Part shown: one piece after another, positions 10,064 through 20,280 of the stretch | How the letters are laid out: each line of letters opens with the position of its first letter | How positions within the stretch are numbered: position 1 is the first letter of the stretch | Source of the DNA: Candidatus Bipolaricaulota bacterium | Lineage (GTDB): Bacteria > Bipolaricaulota > Bipolaricaulia > UBA7950 > UBA9294 | Assembly: GCA_040752575.1 (NCBI GenBank) | Contig: JBFMGK010000076.1 | Location: 1 to 63,907 of the forward strand | Direction: 5' to 3' | DNA length: 63,907 nt | Translations under genes and position numbers: made by a program | The notes under the pieces: model-generated | What the model was told of the DNA's origin: nothing | Databases searched by the model: none | The model's input: only the letters and a program-made list of their open reading frames with translations

Positions 10064-10396
10064 ACAGAAGTCCAGCGGTGCGGGTGCCTGCACGCGTCGA
10101 CGAGGACTCGCTTCTCGGCTGCGCCGAACGCGGTCGAGTCCGTCTGTGGCGAAGCAGCGAGATGGAACCCCTCATGTCGCGAAGCGGGAGTTGATCCACG
10201 GATCCGCGTCCGCCGACCGTCTGCCGGAACCCGACTCCCGACGGCACGTCGCATCGTTCGCGCGCAGATGATGACGATGAGCTCCCCGGTCTTGCGCCGC
10301 CTCGCCGGCATCGACGCGCAGGCTGCTCGACCTCCAAGGCTTTCGAGGCGTTTCGACGGCTACCTGGGAGTGTGGACTTGCTTCCGCCGCGCGGGG

Positions 10397-10711
10397 TCAG
10401 GCGCCTTGAGGAGTTCCCGACGTGTAGTGCTCGAACAGCTCCTGGTTCCAGTTGAGCTGGGTCCCCGCAGCCTGCAGCGAGGCGAGCAGCAGGGCTTCCG
10501 AGATCTCGGCCTCCGTCGCGCCGGCCGCCGCCGCGTCTCGGAGGTGGTGTTCAGTGCAGTGCGTGCAACGGAACACAGACGCGACGGCCGCTCGGATCAA
10601 CTCCTTCGTCTTCGCGTCAAGGACCGTCTGCCCTTTGGCCGCGTTCGAGAAGTGCTGATACGCGGCGCCAAGTGGAGACTTCCCGACGTACCATGGTGAC
10701 TTCGCACTCAT
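10397..10711 (-). CDS. Carboxymuconolactone decarboxylase/AhpD-like protein
   Basis: LDAKTKELI..CTHCTEHH..GATEAEISEA. Strong GAGGAGG RBS. Confidence 0.85.
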   Translation of the reverse strand: MSAKSPWYVGKSPLGAAYQHFSNAAKGQTVLDAKTKELIRAAVASVFRCTHCTEHHLRDAAAAGATEAEISEALLLASLQAAGTQLNWNQELFEHYTSGTPQGA

Positions 10712-10725
10712 CGCGATCCCTCCTC

Positions 10726-10737
10726 TTTTTTTTTTTT
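10726..10737. repeat. 12-nt homopolymer (T12 on +, A12 on coding strand)
   Basis: Direct observation. Lies immediately 5' of the RBS of the CMD gene. Confidence 0.9.
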
Positions 10738-10747
10738 CGACGACAGG

Positions 10748-11746
10748 CTACGCCTTCCAGAATCCTCTCCGCCGCAGCAGCTTCCCAAGGTACACAAGGC
10801 TCAGCATGATCGGGACCTCCCAGAACAAGCCCATCGTCGTTCCAAGCGCCGCGTAGGAGCCGACCCCGTACATGGCCACAGCCGATGCGATCGCAATCTC
10901 GAAGTGGCTGGACGATCCGATGATCGTGGCGACGATCGCCTCACGGTATCGGAAGTGGAGTGCCCGTGTCGCCAGAAGGTTGAATCCGACGATCAGGGCA
11001 AAGCCGATGAGGAGCGGCAGCGACACGAGCAGGAGCTGGTCGAAATGGTGCAGGAGGACCTCGCCGTTGAGCGCGAACAGGACGACCAGCGTCACGAGCA
11101 AGGCCACGATCGCCACGTTTCCTACCGCCGGCCGGTAGACCCTCGCAAACCACGCTTCCCCTTTGGCTCGAAGGAGCAGCCGCTTGCTCGCGATGCCCAA
11201 CAAGAGCGGCGCACCGATGAAGACCGCTGCAGAGACCGCGAGGAGACTCCGATCGAGCGGGATGTCCTGGATCCCGGTCAAAAGGGAGACGATCGGAACG
11301 TAGAGAACCATGAGCGTGATCGTGTTAAGGCTCGTGTTGACCACGTTCTGTTCCTGGTTCCCTTCGGCGAGCTTGCCCCAGACGAGAACCATCGCCGTGC
11401 ACGGGCTGGAGCCCAGCAGGATTACGGCCACCATGAGCTGCTCGTTGCCGCGCAGGAACAGCGCCGCAAGGCCCGCAGCCACGAGCGGCGCGAGGATCCA
11501 ATTCGAGAAGAGCGTCAGCAGGATGGGCTTCGGGTTGGCCCGCAGCTTGCGGAGCTCTGCGAGCTGAAGGTTGAGCATCGCCGGGTACATCATGAGGAAG
11601 AGGCAGATGCCGATCGGGACGGACACCCCGCGCACCTGCCATGAATCGATGGCGGCGCCCACGCCAGGCACGGTCTGGGAAAGGAGAAGCCCCAGTCCCA
11701 TGCACAGCGCAACCCACAACGCCAGGTACTTCTCGAATCCCCTCAT
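10748..11746 (-). CDS. acr3: Acr3-family arsenite efflux transporter
   Basis: FEKYLALWV, MMYP, NW, PCTAMVLVW, SSHFEIAIA and EVP motifs. Confidence 0.92.
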   Translation of the reverse strand: MRGFEKYLALWVALCMGLGLLLSQTVPGVGAAIDSWQVRGVSVPIGICLFLMMYPAMLNLQLAELRKLRANPKPILLTLFSNWILAPLVAAGLAALFLRGNEQLMVAVILLGSSPCTAMVLVWGKLAEGNQEQNVVNTSLNTITLMVLYVPIVSLLTGIQDIPLDRSLLAVSAAVFIGAPLLLGIASKRLLLRAKGEAWFARVYRPAVGNVAIVALLVTLVVLFALNGEVLLHHFDQLLLVSLPLLIGFALIVGFNLLATRALHFRYREAIVATIIGSSSHFEIAIASAVAMYGVGSYAALGTTMGLFWEVPIMLSLVYLGKLLRRRGFWKA

Positions 11747-12216
11747 CGTGTCTCCTTGGCTCTACCTGTCGAGCTTTGCCGTCCGGGCGGTTCGCCGGCC
11801 CAGTTGCCCATCCCATGTCGCAGCGGTGGCTCTTTGCCTGACGGGCCGGTCGGCCCCACGACACAGCGGCCCGCAACGCGCTGGCCGAGCCGCGAGCGGA
11901 GACGCGCTTGATCCTCGTCCCGCGGCGCCAGAATCGTCTCCAGCGCTACCATGAGAGGGCTGTCGGCAACGCCGTAGTAGGCCCACAAACCATCACGCCT
12001 GCACGTCACGAGACCGGCACGCCTCAGTGCCGCCAGATTGCGCGACGTCTCGTACTCCGGGAGCTCGACTCCGGCTGCAAGTTCGCACACGCACAGCGGC
12101 TCGCGAGACGACATCAACAGAGCCAGAAGCCGGAGACGCATCTCCTTCCCCACAGCAGCAAGCGAGAGCGCCAGCTCTTCGAAGTCGATCTCCTTGTTCC
12201 CTCCATCTGATTGCAC
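11743..12216 (-). CDS. arsR: ArsR/SmtB family As(III)-responsive repressor
   Basis: RLRLL..LCVCELA..SRNLAALRRAGLV..RDGLWAYY. Start uncertain; GTG 12216 chosen because it lies downstream of the predicted promoter. Confidence 0.85.
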   Translation of the reverse strand: MQSDGGNKEIDFEELALSLAAVGKEMRLRLLALLMSSREPLCVCELAAGVELPEYETSRNLAALRRAGLVTCRRDGLWAYYGVADSPLMVALETILAPRDEDQARLRSRLGQRVAGRCVVGPTGPSGKEPPLRHGMGNWAGEPPGRQSSTGRAKETR

Positions 12217-12254
12217 GATGCTGCAAATAATAGCCACCCCGAGCGTTGCGTCAA
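12211..12254 (-). promoter_or_regulatory. ars promoter and candidate ArsR operator
   Basis: Minus strand TTGACG-N16-TATTAT. TTGCA-N6-TGCAA inverted repeat at 12211-12226. Confidence 0.6.
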
Positions 12255-12434
12255 GCGGGTGCGCCGTGAGTGCTGCAACGCCGTCCCTGTAGCGTCGGAG
12301 TGGAGGCGTTCCACCGCCGGAGACGCGAGCATGGCTTTGGGGCGGCATCGCCCCGCAACCCACTGGCCCTGCGATGCGTGACGCACTATGCTTCATCGTG
12401 TCAACCGGCGTGCCCGTGAGAGGAGAGGAGTGCG

Positions 12435-12872
12435 ATGACGGCGTCCATTGCAGCGACCCAGGAAGAAGTGTGGAGCCTCCTCAAGCTACACCAGTGCGTC
12501 TACCTGGCCACTTCGGAGGGTGATCAACCGCGCGTCCGGCCCGTCACGTTGCTCAACCTCGATCGCAAGTTCTGGATCGCTACGGGCACACGCAGCGCCA
12601 AGGCCCGACAGATGCGGCGAAACCCGAACGTCGAGTTCTGCCTTCCCCTGACCGCCGAGTGCGGCCAGGGCTACGTGAGGGTCTCCGGCCTCGCCAGCGC
12701 GGTCTCCGATCCGGACACCCGCGAGAAGATCGGCCAGCAGATCCCCTTTCTCGGGGAGTACTGGACGGGGAGCGACGATCCTCAGTTCGCGCTCTTTCGG
12801 ATCACCCGCGTCGAGATCGAATACCTGAAGCCCGGAGAGATGACGCCGGTGACCTTCATCGTGGCGCACTGA
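12435..12872 (+). CDS. Pyridoxamine 5'-phosphate oxidase-like FMN-binding protein
   Basis: YLATSEGDQPRVRP, KARQMRRNPNVE, DDPQFALF. GAGGAG RBS. Confidence 0.85.
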   Translation: MTASIAATQEEVWSLLKLHQCVYLATSEGDQPRVRPVTLLNLDRKFWIATGTRSAKARQMRRNPNVEFCLPLTAECGQGYVRVSGLASAVSDPDTREKIGQQIPFLGEYWTGSDDPQFALFRITRVEIEYLKPGEMTPVTFIVAH

Positions 12873-12920
12873 CGCCGTTGACCCTCGAGCCCCTTGCGCG
12901 ATCCTTATTCATTGGCTACG

Positions 12921-13268
12921 ATGAAGATCATGTGGCTGGACACCCCGGTCGATGTGATGGTTGAATTTCGCGCCGGCGTCTCGTTTCCACGCCTTCAGAC
13001 GCTCCACGTGGGGGGCGTCGACGTAACCTTCGCGGCCCCTGCCCGGATCGACGCCACATCCAGCGGATTGCTCTATCGTCTTATCTGCCCGCAAGGATCG
13101 TACACTCTACGGTTCGAACGCGAAGCGCAACGGTGGATCCTCGAGTCCGTAAGCGGCATGAGCCTTGCTTCCATCTCGGGGCTTTCCCGCGGGCTGTCTG
13201 CGAAGCAGGCGCTGCTTCGGCCGTCGCTCGACGCCGCTTTGAGGACGCAAGCGCCGTCTCCCTCGTGA
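12921..13268 (+). CDS. Hypothetical protein
   Basis: Plausible ORF filling the intergenic gap. No recognised family. Confidence 0.45.
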   Translation: MKIMWLDTPVDVMVEFRAGVSFPRLQTLHVGGVDVTFAAPARIDATSSGLLYRLICPQGSYTLRFEREAQRWILESVSGMSLASISGLSRGLSAKQALLRPSLDAALRTQAPSPS

Positions 13269-13494
13269 CGAGGGGCGAGCCTGAGCCGTGACGCGTCGTC
13301 TTGTGGGCAGCCAAGTGCCGACGACGCCGCCTTTTTCCTCTCCATGCCCTTCAGTGCACGTTGCCCATCCGGGGAGGGCGGGCCTTGGCATGCAGCCCCG
13401 GCTCTCCTATGATGGCGGTTCCAGGCGGCAGACCCGCTTGGGGTTCCCTGCGGCGCCGTCCGACGCTGACGGCGCGGGAAGGAGGCCGCCCGCT

Positions 13495-14346
13495 GTGCTC
13501 GGCCGCTTTGACTACGTGAGTCCTGCGACGCTCGACGATGCCGTACGACGCCTAGGGCCGGGCGTGGCGATCCTTGCAGGGGGAACAGATCTGCTCGTCG
13601 ATCTCCGCGCCGGACGCGCGTCGCCGAGTCTTCTCGTGGACATCAAGCACGTCGACGTGCTCCAGCGTCTCGAGGTGTCCTCCGCACGAGGCATCGCCGT
13701 GGGGGCCGCCGTGTCTTTGTCCCGTCTCGTGGACACCCTGCGGGCGTTGGGCCTCGCATCCGGCCTCGCCGAAGCGGCATCTGCAATCGCCACCGTGCAG
13801 CTGCGTCACCGGGCAACCGCCGTGGGCAATCTCTGCAACGCATCGCCCGCAGCCGACCTCGCGCCCATTCTTCTCGTCCTCGACGCCCAGGTCGCTGTGA
13901 CGGGCCCGCGCGGCGAGAGGGTTCTTCCCCTCGACGGCTTTTTCGTCGGCGCGAAGCGAACGTGCCTCGCCGCCGACGAAATCGTAACCGAGATCCGAAT
14001 CCCAAAACTCGACGTCGACCTTCGGTCGGCCTTCCGAAAGCAGCAGCGCCTGCGAGGACACGATCTGGCCGTCGCGAGTGCGGCCGCCGCCTTCTCGGCG
14101 TCCGACGGGCTGCTCCGCGTGGCCATCGGAAGCTGCGCCCCAACACCTCTTTTGCTCCCGCCCCTCCGCGTCGGCCGCTCGCCCGAGGCCAGCGTGGACG
14201 AGGTCGTCGCGTTGGCCAGCCAATCGATCTCCCCGATCAGCGACGCCCGCTCGTCTGCTGCCTACCGAGCCGCCGTCGTTCCCGTCCTCGTCCGGCGGGC
14301 CGTGCTGGATGTCCTCAAGGAAGGAGGTCGGCCATCGACTCCGTGA
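13495..14346 (+). CDS. Xanthine dehydrogenase family FAD-binding (medium) subunit
   Basis: LAGGTDLL, ATAVGNLCNASPAAD, ISDARSSAAYR. GTG start after GGAGG. Confidence 0.9.
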   Translation: MLGRFDYVSPATLDDAVRRLGPGVAILAGGTDLLVDLRAGRASPSLLVDIKHVDVLQRLEVSSARGIAVGAAVSLSRLVDTLRALGLASGLAEAASAIATVQLRHRATAVGNLCNASPAADLAPILLVLDAQVAVTGPRGERVLPLDGFFVGAKRTCLAADEIVTEIRIPKLDVDLRSAFRKQQRLRGHDLAVASAAAAFSASDGLLRVAIGSCAPTPLLLPPLRVGRSPEASVDEVVALASQSISPISDARSSAAYRAAVVPVLVRRAVLDVLKEGGRPSTP

Positions 14347-14858
14347 TCCGACTGACCGTGAACGGCCGGCTCGAGACGGCGAGCGTCCCCGCGGGCCTGA
14401 CGCTGCTCGAACTCCTGCGCGATCGCTTTCATCTGACGGGCACCAAGGAGGGCTGCGGAATCGGGGAATGCGGCGCGTGCACCGTCCTGCTCGATGGACT
14501 CCCCGTGGCCTCATGCCTTGTTCTGGCCGTCGAGGCGGATGGGCGAACGGTGGAAACGATCGAGGGAGAGGCGATCGGCGGCGAGCTGTCCAAGCTCCAG
14601 AAGGCGTTTCTCGAAGCCGGCGCCGTTCAGTGCGGCTTCTGCACCCCGGGGATGATCATGTCGGCCCGCGGCCTCTTGCGGCGGAATCCGCGCCCGTCCG
14701 ACGACGAGATCGTCGAGGCGATGTCGGGCAACCTGTGCCGATGCACGGGATACGAGGCTATCCTTGACGCCGTGCGTCGCGCGGTGGAACACGACCCGTC
14801 GCCGTCCGCGCCGCGCCACGCCCACTCCCCGCCGCAGAAGGAGGACAGACGTGCCTGA
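14343..14858 (+). CDS. Xanthine dehydrogenase family 2Fe-2S (small) subunit
   Basis: [28 protein letters not shown]. Confidence 0.93.
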   Translation: MIRLTVNGRLETASVPAGLTLLELLRDRFHLTGTKEGCGIGECGACTVLLDGLPVASCLVLAVEADGRTVETIEGEAIGGELSKLQKAFLEAGAVQCGFCTPGMIMSARGLLRRNPRPSDDEIVEAMSGNLCRCTGYEAILDAVRRAVEHDPSPSAPRHAHSPPQKEDRRA

Positions 14859-17190
14859 GCTCCGCGTGGTGGGACGGCCGGTCCTTCGCGACGACGCGAT
14901 CGAGAAGGTCACGGGAACGGCACGCTACACGACCGACCTCGCGCTGCCGGGCATGCTCTACGCTGCGATCCTCACCTCTCCCCATGCGTCGGCTCGCATT
15001 GCACGGATCGACGTGGCGACGGCTCGCGGCGAGCCTGGAGTTCGGGCCGTTCTCACCGGAGACGATCTCGACGTCCTTCTCGGTCTGTACCTGCGGGACA
15101 AGAGGATCCTGGCACGCGGCGTCGTCCGTTACCAGGGCGAGCCGGTCGCCGCCGTCGCGGCCGACACCCTGGACGAGGCCCGCAGCGCCCTGCGCAAGAT
15201 CCGCGTCGACTACGAGGAACTCCCCGCCGTCTTCGACGCGCGCGCCGCGATGGCTCCCGGAGCGCCGCGGGTCCACCCCGAACTCGCAACGTACGAGCGC
15301 ATGCGCGGCGTCTTCTTCCCTGAGGCGGGCACGAACGTCGCCCATCACCAGAAGATCCGGAGGGGAGATGCCGCGGCGGCGCTCGACGCCGCGGACGTGC
15401 GCATCGAGGCCACGTTCGACAATCCACCCGTCCAGCATGTTCCGCTCGAGACGCACGCCGCCATCGCTCAGGCCCTTCCCGCGGATCGCGTCGAGGTGTG
15501 GACATCCAGCCAATCGCCGTACACGGTGCGCCACCTGTTGGCCCATGCGTTCGGCCTTCCCCACGCTTCGGTCCGCGTTCACGTTCCCTACGTGGGCGGC
15601 GGATTCGGCGGCAAGGCCGGACTCGGCGTCGAGCCTCTGGCCTATGTTCTCTCCAAGGCGTGCGGCGGACGCCCCGTGCTCGTCTCGATGACGCGCGAGC
15701 AGGAGTTCAACACCATGCCGTCGCGCCAGGGCCTCACGTCGACGCTTCGCCTCGGCGCGACACGAGACGGTCGCCTGACAGCTCTCGAGGCGACCTACGT
15801 TTGGGACGCCGGCGCCTATGCCGACTATGGCGTAAACATCGGACGTGCGGCGGCGTACGCGGGCGCAGGGCCCTACGCCGTCGACAACTGCTCCATCGAC
15901 TCGTACGTCGTCTACACCAACAAGGTGTACGGAACGGCCTTTCGTGGATTCGGCCACCTTGAGGTGCTGTGGGGCGTCGAGCGAGCCATCGACCGTCTTG
16001 CGCGCGCACTGGACCTGGATCCCGTCGAGTTCCGCCGCCGCAATCTCCTGCGCTCGGGAGACACGACGATCACCGGCGAGCCCATCGCGGTGGGACACGG
16101 CAGTCCGCGGAAGTGCCTTGAGGCGGTCGCGCAAGCCATCGGCTGGGGCCTCCCGCCGTTGCCCCCCGACGCGCCGAACAAGGTTCGCGGCAAGGGGGTC
16201 GCCATGCTTCACAAAGCACCCGCCATGCCGACGAACACCTCGTGTGCCGCCGTCATCAAGCTCGACGAGGACGGGGCTGCGGACCTGCTCGTGTCCGGCG
16301 TCGACTACGGCCAGGGGACCTACACGGTCCTACGCCAGATCGCGGCGGAAGAACTCAGTCTGCCGATCGAGAAAGTCCACGCCGTGTGGGACTGCGACAC
16401 GGCGATGACCCCCTACGACTGGCAGACCGTGGCCAGCCGATTTGCCTACATGGGTGGGAATGCCGTGATCGCGGCGGCGGCGGACTGCCGGAGACAGCTC
16501 ATCGATACGGCCGCCAACGCCCTCGGCGTCCCCGCCGAAGCCCTCGTCTGTCGTGACGGCCGCGTGTGTGTGGCGAGCGATGAAGGTCGCGGTCTCGAGT
16601 ACCGCCAGCTCGCGCTGGGCTTCACATTTCCCAACGGGAATGCCATCGGCGGGCCGATCATCGGGCACGGCCGCTCCATAGCGACGGGCCTGACGAACCT
16701 GGATCCGGAAACCGGACAGGGGCGACCGGCGCAGTTCTGGACATACGGAGCGCACGCCGTGGAAATCGAGGTCGACACCGAGACGGGAGAGATCACGGTC
16801 CTGCGGCTCGTCACCGCCGTCGACGCGGGCAAGGTTCTCAATCCCTTGTTGTGCCGCGGTCAGATCGTCGGCGGCGTCGTACAGGGCCTCGGCTCGGCCT
16901 TGCTGGAGGGATTCCAGTTCGACGAACGTGGCCGGCTGATGAACCCGAGCTTCGTCGACTACAAGATCGCCACGGCGAAGGATCTGCCGCGGGAGATCGT
17001 CCCGATCATGATCGAGAATCCTCAGCCGGACGGCCCTTATGGCGCGCGCGGCGTCGCCGAGCACCCCATGATCTCGGTCCCCTCCGCCTTGGGCAACGCG
17101 TTGTTCGACGCCTTGGGCATCGACTTCTCGTCCCTACCCCTGACCCCCGAGCGCGTCCTCGGGAAGATCCTCGAAGCGGGGTCGCGTTGA
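14851..17190 (+). CDS. Xanthine dehydrogenase family molybdopterin-binding (large) subunit
   Basis: [27 protein letters not shown] and GARGVAE (catalytic Glu). Confidence 0.93.
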   Translation: MPELRVVGRPVLRDDAIEKVTGTARYTTDLALPGMLYAAILTSPHASARIARIDVATARGEPGVRAVLTGDDLDVLLGLYLRDKRILARGVVRYQGEPVAAVAADTLDEARSALRKIRVDYEELPAVFDARAAMAPGAPRVHPELATYERMRGVFFPEAGTNVAHHQKIRRGDAAAALDAADVRIEATFDNPPVQHVPLETHAAIAQALPADRVEVWTSSQSPYTVRHLLAHAFGLPHASVRVHVPYVGGGFGGKAGLGVEPLAYVLSKACGGRPVLVSMTREQEFNTMPSRQGLTSTLRLGATRDGRLTALEATYVWDAGAYADYGVNIGRAAAYAGAGPYAVDNCSIDSYVVYTNKVYGTAFRGFGHLEVLWGVERAIDRLARALDLDPVEFRRRNLLRSGDTTITGEPIAVGHGSPRKCLEAVAQAIGWGLPPLPPDAPNKVRGKGVAMLHKAPAMPTNTSCAAVIKLDEDGAADLLVSGVDYGQGTYTVLRQIAAEELSLPIEKVHAVWDCDTAMTPYDWQTVASRFAYMGGNAVIAAAADCRRQLIDTAANALGVPAEALVCRDGRVCVASDEGRGLEYRQLALGFTFPNGNAIGGPIIGHGRSIATGLTNLDPETGQGRPAQFWTYGAHAVEIEVDTETGEITVLRLVTAVDAGKVLNPLLCRGQIVGGVVQGLGSALLEGFQFDERGRLMNPSFVDYKIATAKDLPREIVPIMIENPQPDGPYGARGVAEHPMISVPSALGNALFDALGIDFSSLPLTPERVLGKILEAGSR

Positions 17191-18683
17191 AGCGGGTTCT
17201 CATCGAACGCGGGCGCTACTTCGACTCTGTCTTCCTTCTCCGCGCCAGTCGGACGCTCGAATCGCTCGACGGGGTCCGCCATGCCGTCGTGGCGATGGCC
17301 ACTCCGGCCAATCTCGAGAGTCTGGCTCGCATCGGCTTCGAGGTCCCGCCAGGCGTTCGCCCCGACGACCTGACCGTCGCCATCGACGCGGACGCTGCAT
17401 CCCTGGACGCGGCGGAGCAGCGCCTTGCCACCTTCCTGGCCGAGGGAAGCGAGCCGGTGAAGTCCGGGCGCAATCAACCTGCAACGCTCGAGGACGCCCT
17501 CTCCGTCGATCCCGAAGTCCGTCTCGCCCTGGTTTCGGTCCCAGGAGTCTACGCCGCTGCCGAGGCGCGCCGCGCTCTCCGGCGAGGGCTCCACGTTCTG
17601 CTGTTTTCGGACAACGTCTCGATCGACGATGAGATCTCGCTCAAGGATGAAGCCGCTCGGCGGGGTCTCCTGCTCATGGGGCCCGACTGCGGCACGGCCA
17701 TTGTGAATGGGCTTCCTCTGGGCTTCGCCAACGTCGTCCGCCGCGGATCGATCGGCATCGTCGGCGCGTCGGGCACCGGGATCCAAGAGGTGTCGTCGCT
17801 CATCGATCGGTTGGGCGGCGGCGTCTCGCAGGCTCTCGGAACCGGGGGGCGGGATCTCACAAAGGCTGTAGGAGCGCGATCGACCCTCGCGGCCCTTGAC
17901 GCCCTTGCCGCCGATCGCGAGACAGCGGTTCTTGTCGTCATTTCGAAGTCGCCCGCGCCCGAGACGGAAGGCCGCGTTCTGGAACGGCTTGCACAATCTG
18001 GCAAGCCCGCTGTCGTCCACTTTGTCGGCCAGGGCGCGCGCTCTCCCGACGGGCAGGTACGGTTCGCCGACACGCTCGCGGAGACGGCGCGCGCCGCGTG
18101 CCGATGCATCGGGATCCATGCCCCGGATTGTCCGGGCGGCCGGCCGCCGCAACGCGCCCTAGAGGCGCCGGACGGCAGGTTGTGTGGCCTGTTCTGCGGC
18201 GGCACGCTGGCCCAGGAGGCGTGGGTCATCCTGCGACGTTCCGGCGTCGAGACCCACTCCAACGTCGCCGCGGACCAAGCACTTCGCCTTCGGCCGGACC
18301 AGACGCCCCCGGGCCACGTCGTGTGGGATCTCGGCGACGACGTCTTCACGGTTGGACGTCCCCATCCCATGATCGAACCCGCGCTCCGTGACGAGAGGGT
18401 CGCGCAGGCCGTCAACGCGGAGCGGACTTCGATCGTCCTCGTCGACTGCGTGCTTGGGTACGGCGCTCACGCTGACCCCGCGGCAAGTCTCGCTCGGGCC
18501 GCTGGGAGTGCACGCCGGGCCGTCGTCATCGCTTCGGTGACGGGAACCGATCGTGACCCGCAACGCTATCGTGAGCAGCGCCAACGTCTCGAGGAGGTCG
18601 GCATCCTCGTCGCAGAGAGCAACGCAGAGGCCGCGCAGTGGACCGCCGCCGCTCTCCGCGGCCGAAGGGAGCGTTGTCGATGA
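17187..18683 (+). CDS. fdrA: FdrA (AllF)-like acyl-CoA synthetase-fold protein
   Basis: YFDSVFL, FSDNV, MGPDCGT, GASGTGIQE, GTGGRDL, GRPHPMI. TTG start overlaps the upstream TGA. Confidence 0.88.
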   Translation: MKRVLIERGRYFDSVFLLRASRTLESLDGVRHAVVAMATPANLESLARIGFEVPPGVRPDDLTVAIDADAASLDAAEQRLATFLAEGSEPVKSGRNQPATLEDALSVDPEVRLALVSVPGVYAAAEARRALRRGLHVLLFSDNVSIDDEISLKDEAARRGLLLMGPDCGTAIVNGLPLGFANVVRRGSIGIVGASGTGIQEVSSLIDRLGGGVSQALGTGGRDLTKAVGARSTLAALDALAADRETAVLVVISKSPAPETEGRVLERLAQSGKPAVVHFVGQGARSPDGQVRFADTLAETARAACRCIGIHAPDCPGGRPPQRALEAPDGRLCGLFCGGTLAQEAWVILRRSGVETHSNVAADQALRLRPDQTPPGHVVWDLGDDVFTVGRPHPMIEPALRDERVAQAVNAERTSIVLVDCVLGYGAHADPAASLARAAGSARRAVVIASVTGTDRDPQRYREQRQRLEEVGILVAESNAEAAQWTAAALRGRRERCR

Positions 18684-20134
18684 GGCGCCCCAACGAACTG
18701 CGAACCCTTTTTGGCGACGGTCTTCACGTCGCGAACCTCGGCCTCAGGACCTTCGCCGACAGCCTCCGCAATGCGGGAGCGTCCGTCGTCCACGTCGACT
18801 GGCGGCCCCCGGCCGGCGGAGACCCCGACCTTGCGCGGCTTCTAGAAACCCTTACGAAGAGCGACGGGTTCGGCTGGCGCGAACCCATCGCCTCGGCCAA
18901 CGCCACGGCCATGGCCCGCCTCTTGGCCGCCGAACCCCGTGTCCTCGGGATGGGGCGAGCCGGCGACGTCATCCCCGGCATGACCGGCCAGACCGTCTTG
19001 CACGCCGGCCCGCCGGTTGCGTGGGCCGAGATGTGCGGTCCGATGCGCGGAGCCGTTGTGGGCGGCATGCTGTACGAGGGGCTCGCCGCCTCGGCCGAGG
19101 ACGCTTCGCGTCTCGCCGCCTCGGGAGAGATCCCCTTCGCGCCGTGCCACGACCACCAGGCTGTCGGCCCGATGGCCGGCGTCATCACAGCCTCGATGCC
19201 CGTGTGGATTGTCGAGAACTCGCCCTTCGGCGTCCGCGCCTTCTCCACGCTGAACGAGGGTCTAGGCAAGGTCCTGCGATACGGAGCCTTCTCCGAAGAG
19301 GTGATGACTCGCCTGCGGTGGATGCGCGACGTGCTTGCGCCACGCCTTGCCGAAGCGCTCGCGGCGCACGGGCCCCTTGATCTGCGAACCCTCATCGCTC
19401 AGGCGTTGCAGATGGGAGACGAAGGCCACAATCGCAATCGCGCCGCGACGTCTCTGTTCATCCGCGAACTCGCTCCCCACCTCGTTCGCCTCTCCGCGCC
19501 GCGCGATCAGGTGGCGCAGATCCTCGAGTTCCTCCACACGAACGATCACTTCACGCTGAACCTGTCGATGGCTGCGGCGAAGTGCGCCCTCGACGCCGCA
19601 GCCGACGTGCCGGGCAGCTCGCTCGTCACCGCGATGGCGAGGAACGGCGTCGAGTTCGGCGTGCGCGTCGCCGGAACGGGGAGCCGCTGGTTCACGGCTC
19701 CCGCTCCGCGGGTGGAGGGCCTCTACCTCCCCGGGTACTCGAAGGACGACGCCGCGCTCGATCTCGGAGACTCGGCGATCACCGAGACGGCCGGATACGG
19801 TGGCTTCGCCATGGCTGCCGCTCCGGCGATCGTCCAGTTCGTCGGGGGCAGTCCCGACCAAGCCCTGGCCACCACGGAGCGCATGCGAAGGATCACGTTG
19901 GCCGAGAGTCCTGCGTACCGCATACCCGCCCTCGGATTCCGCGGGACGCCGACCGGGATTGACGCTCTGCGCGTCGTCGAAACCGGCATCCTGCCGGCCA
20001 TCAACACGGGCATCGCGCACAAGGACCCCGGGGTCGGGATGGTCGGCGCCGGGTTGGTGGTGCCGCCGTTCGAGTGCTTCGCCGCGGCGGCGCGGGCTCT
20101 GGCGCAGACGCTGCAAGAGACTCCGAATGAATGA
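18680..20134 (+). CDS. DUF1116 (YlbE/AllG-like) protein with N-terminal FdrA-tail module
   Basis: LHAGPP, PCHDHQAVGPMAG, NEGLGKVLRYGA, MGDEGHNRN, GDSAITET, INTGIAHK. Confidence 0.85.
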   Translation: MRRPNELRTLFGDGLHVANLGLRTFADSLRNAGASVVHVDWRPPAGGDPDLARLLETLTKSDGFGWREPIASANATAMARLLAAEPRVLGMGRAGDVIPGMTGQTVLHAGPPVAWAEMCGPMRGAVVGGMLYEGLAASAEDASRLAASGEIPFAPCHDHQAVGPMAGVITASMPVWIVENSPFGVRAFSTLNEGLGKVLRYGAFSEEVMTRLRWMRDVLAPRLAEALAAHGPLDLRTLIAQALQMGDEGHNRNRAATSLFIRELAPHLVRLSAPRDQVAQILEFLHTNDHFTLNLSMAAAKCALDAAADVPGSSLVTAMARNGVEFGVRVAGTGSRWFTAPAPRVEGLYLPGYSKDDAALDLGDSAITETAGYGGFAMAAAPAIVQFVGGSPDQALATTERMRRITLAESPAYRIPALGFRGTPTGIDALRVVETGILPAINTGIAHKDPGVGMVGAGLVVPPFECFAAAARALAQTLQETPNE

Positions 20135-20280
20135 CGCTCGCGCCTGGGGACTCCTGTGGGCCTCGCGAAGGTTGCCTCGGCACGACGCGGCCGCCCGATG
20201 TGTTGCCCCGTTGACGAGCCGCAACCGCCCGGGCTTCGGCTTTCGCACACCGGACTTCGAACGCAAGGGAAGGAGATGAC

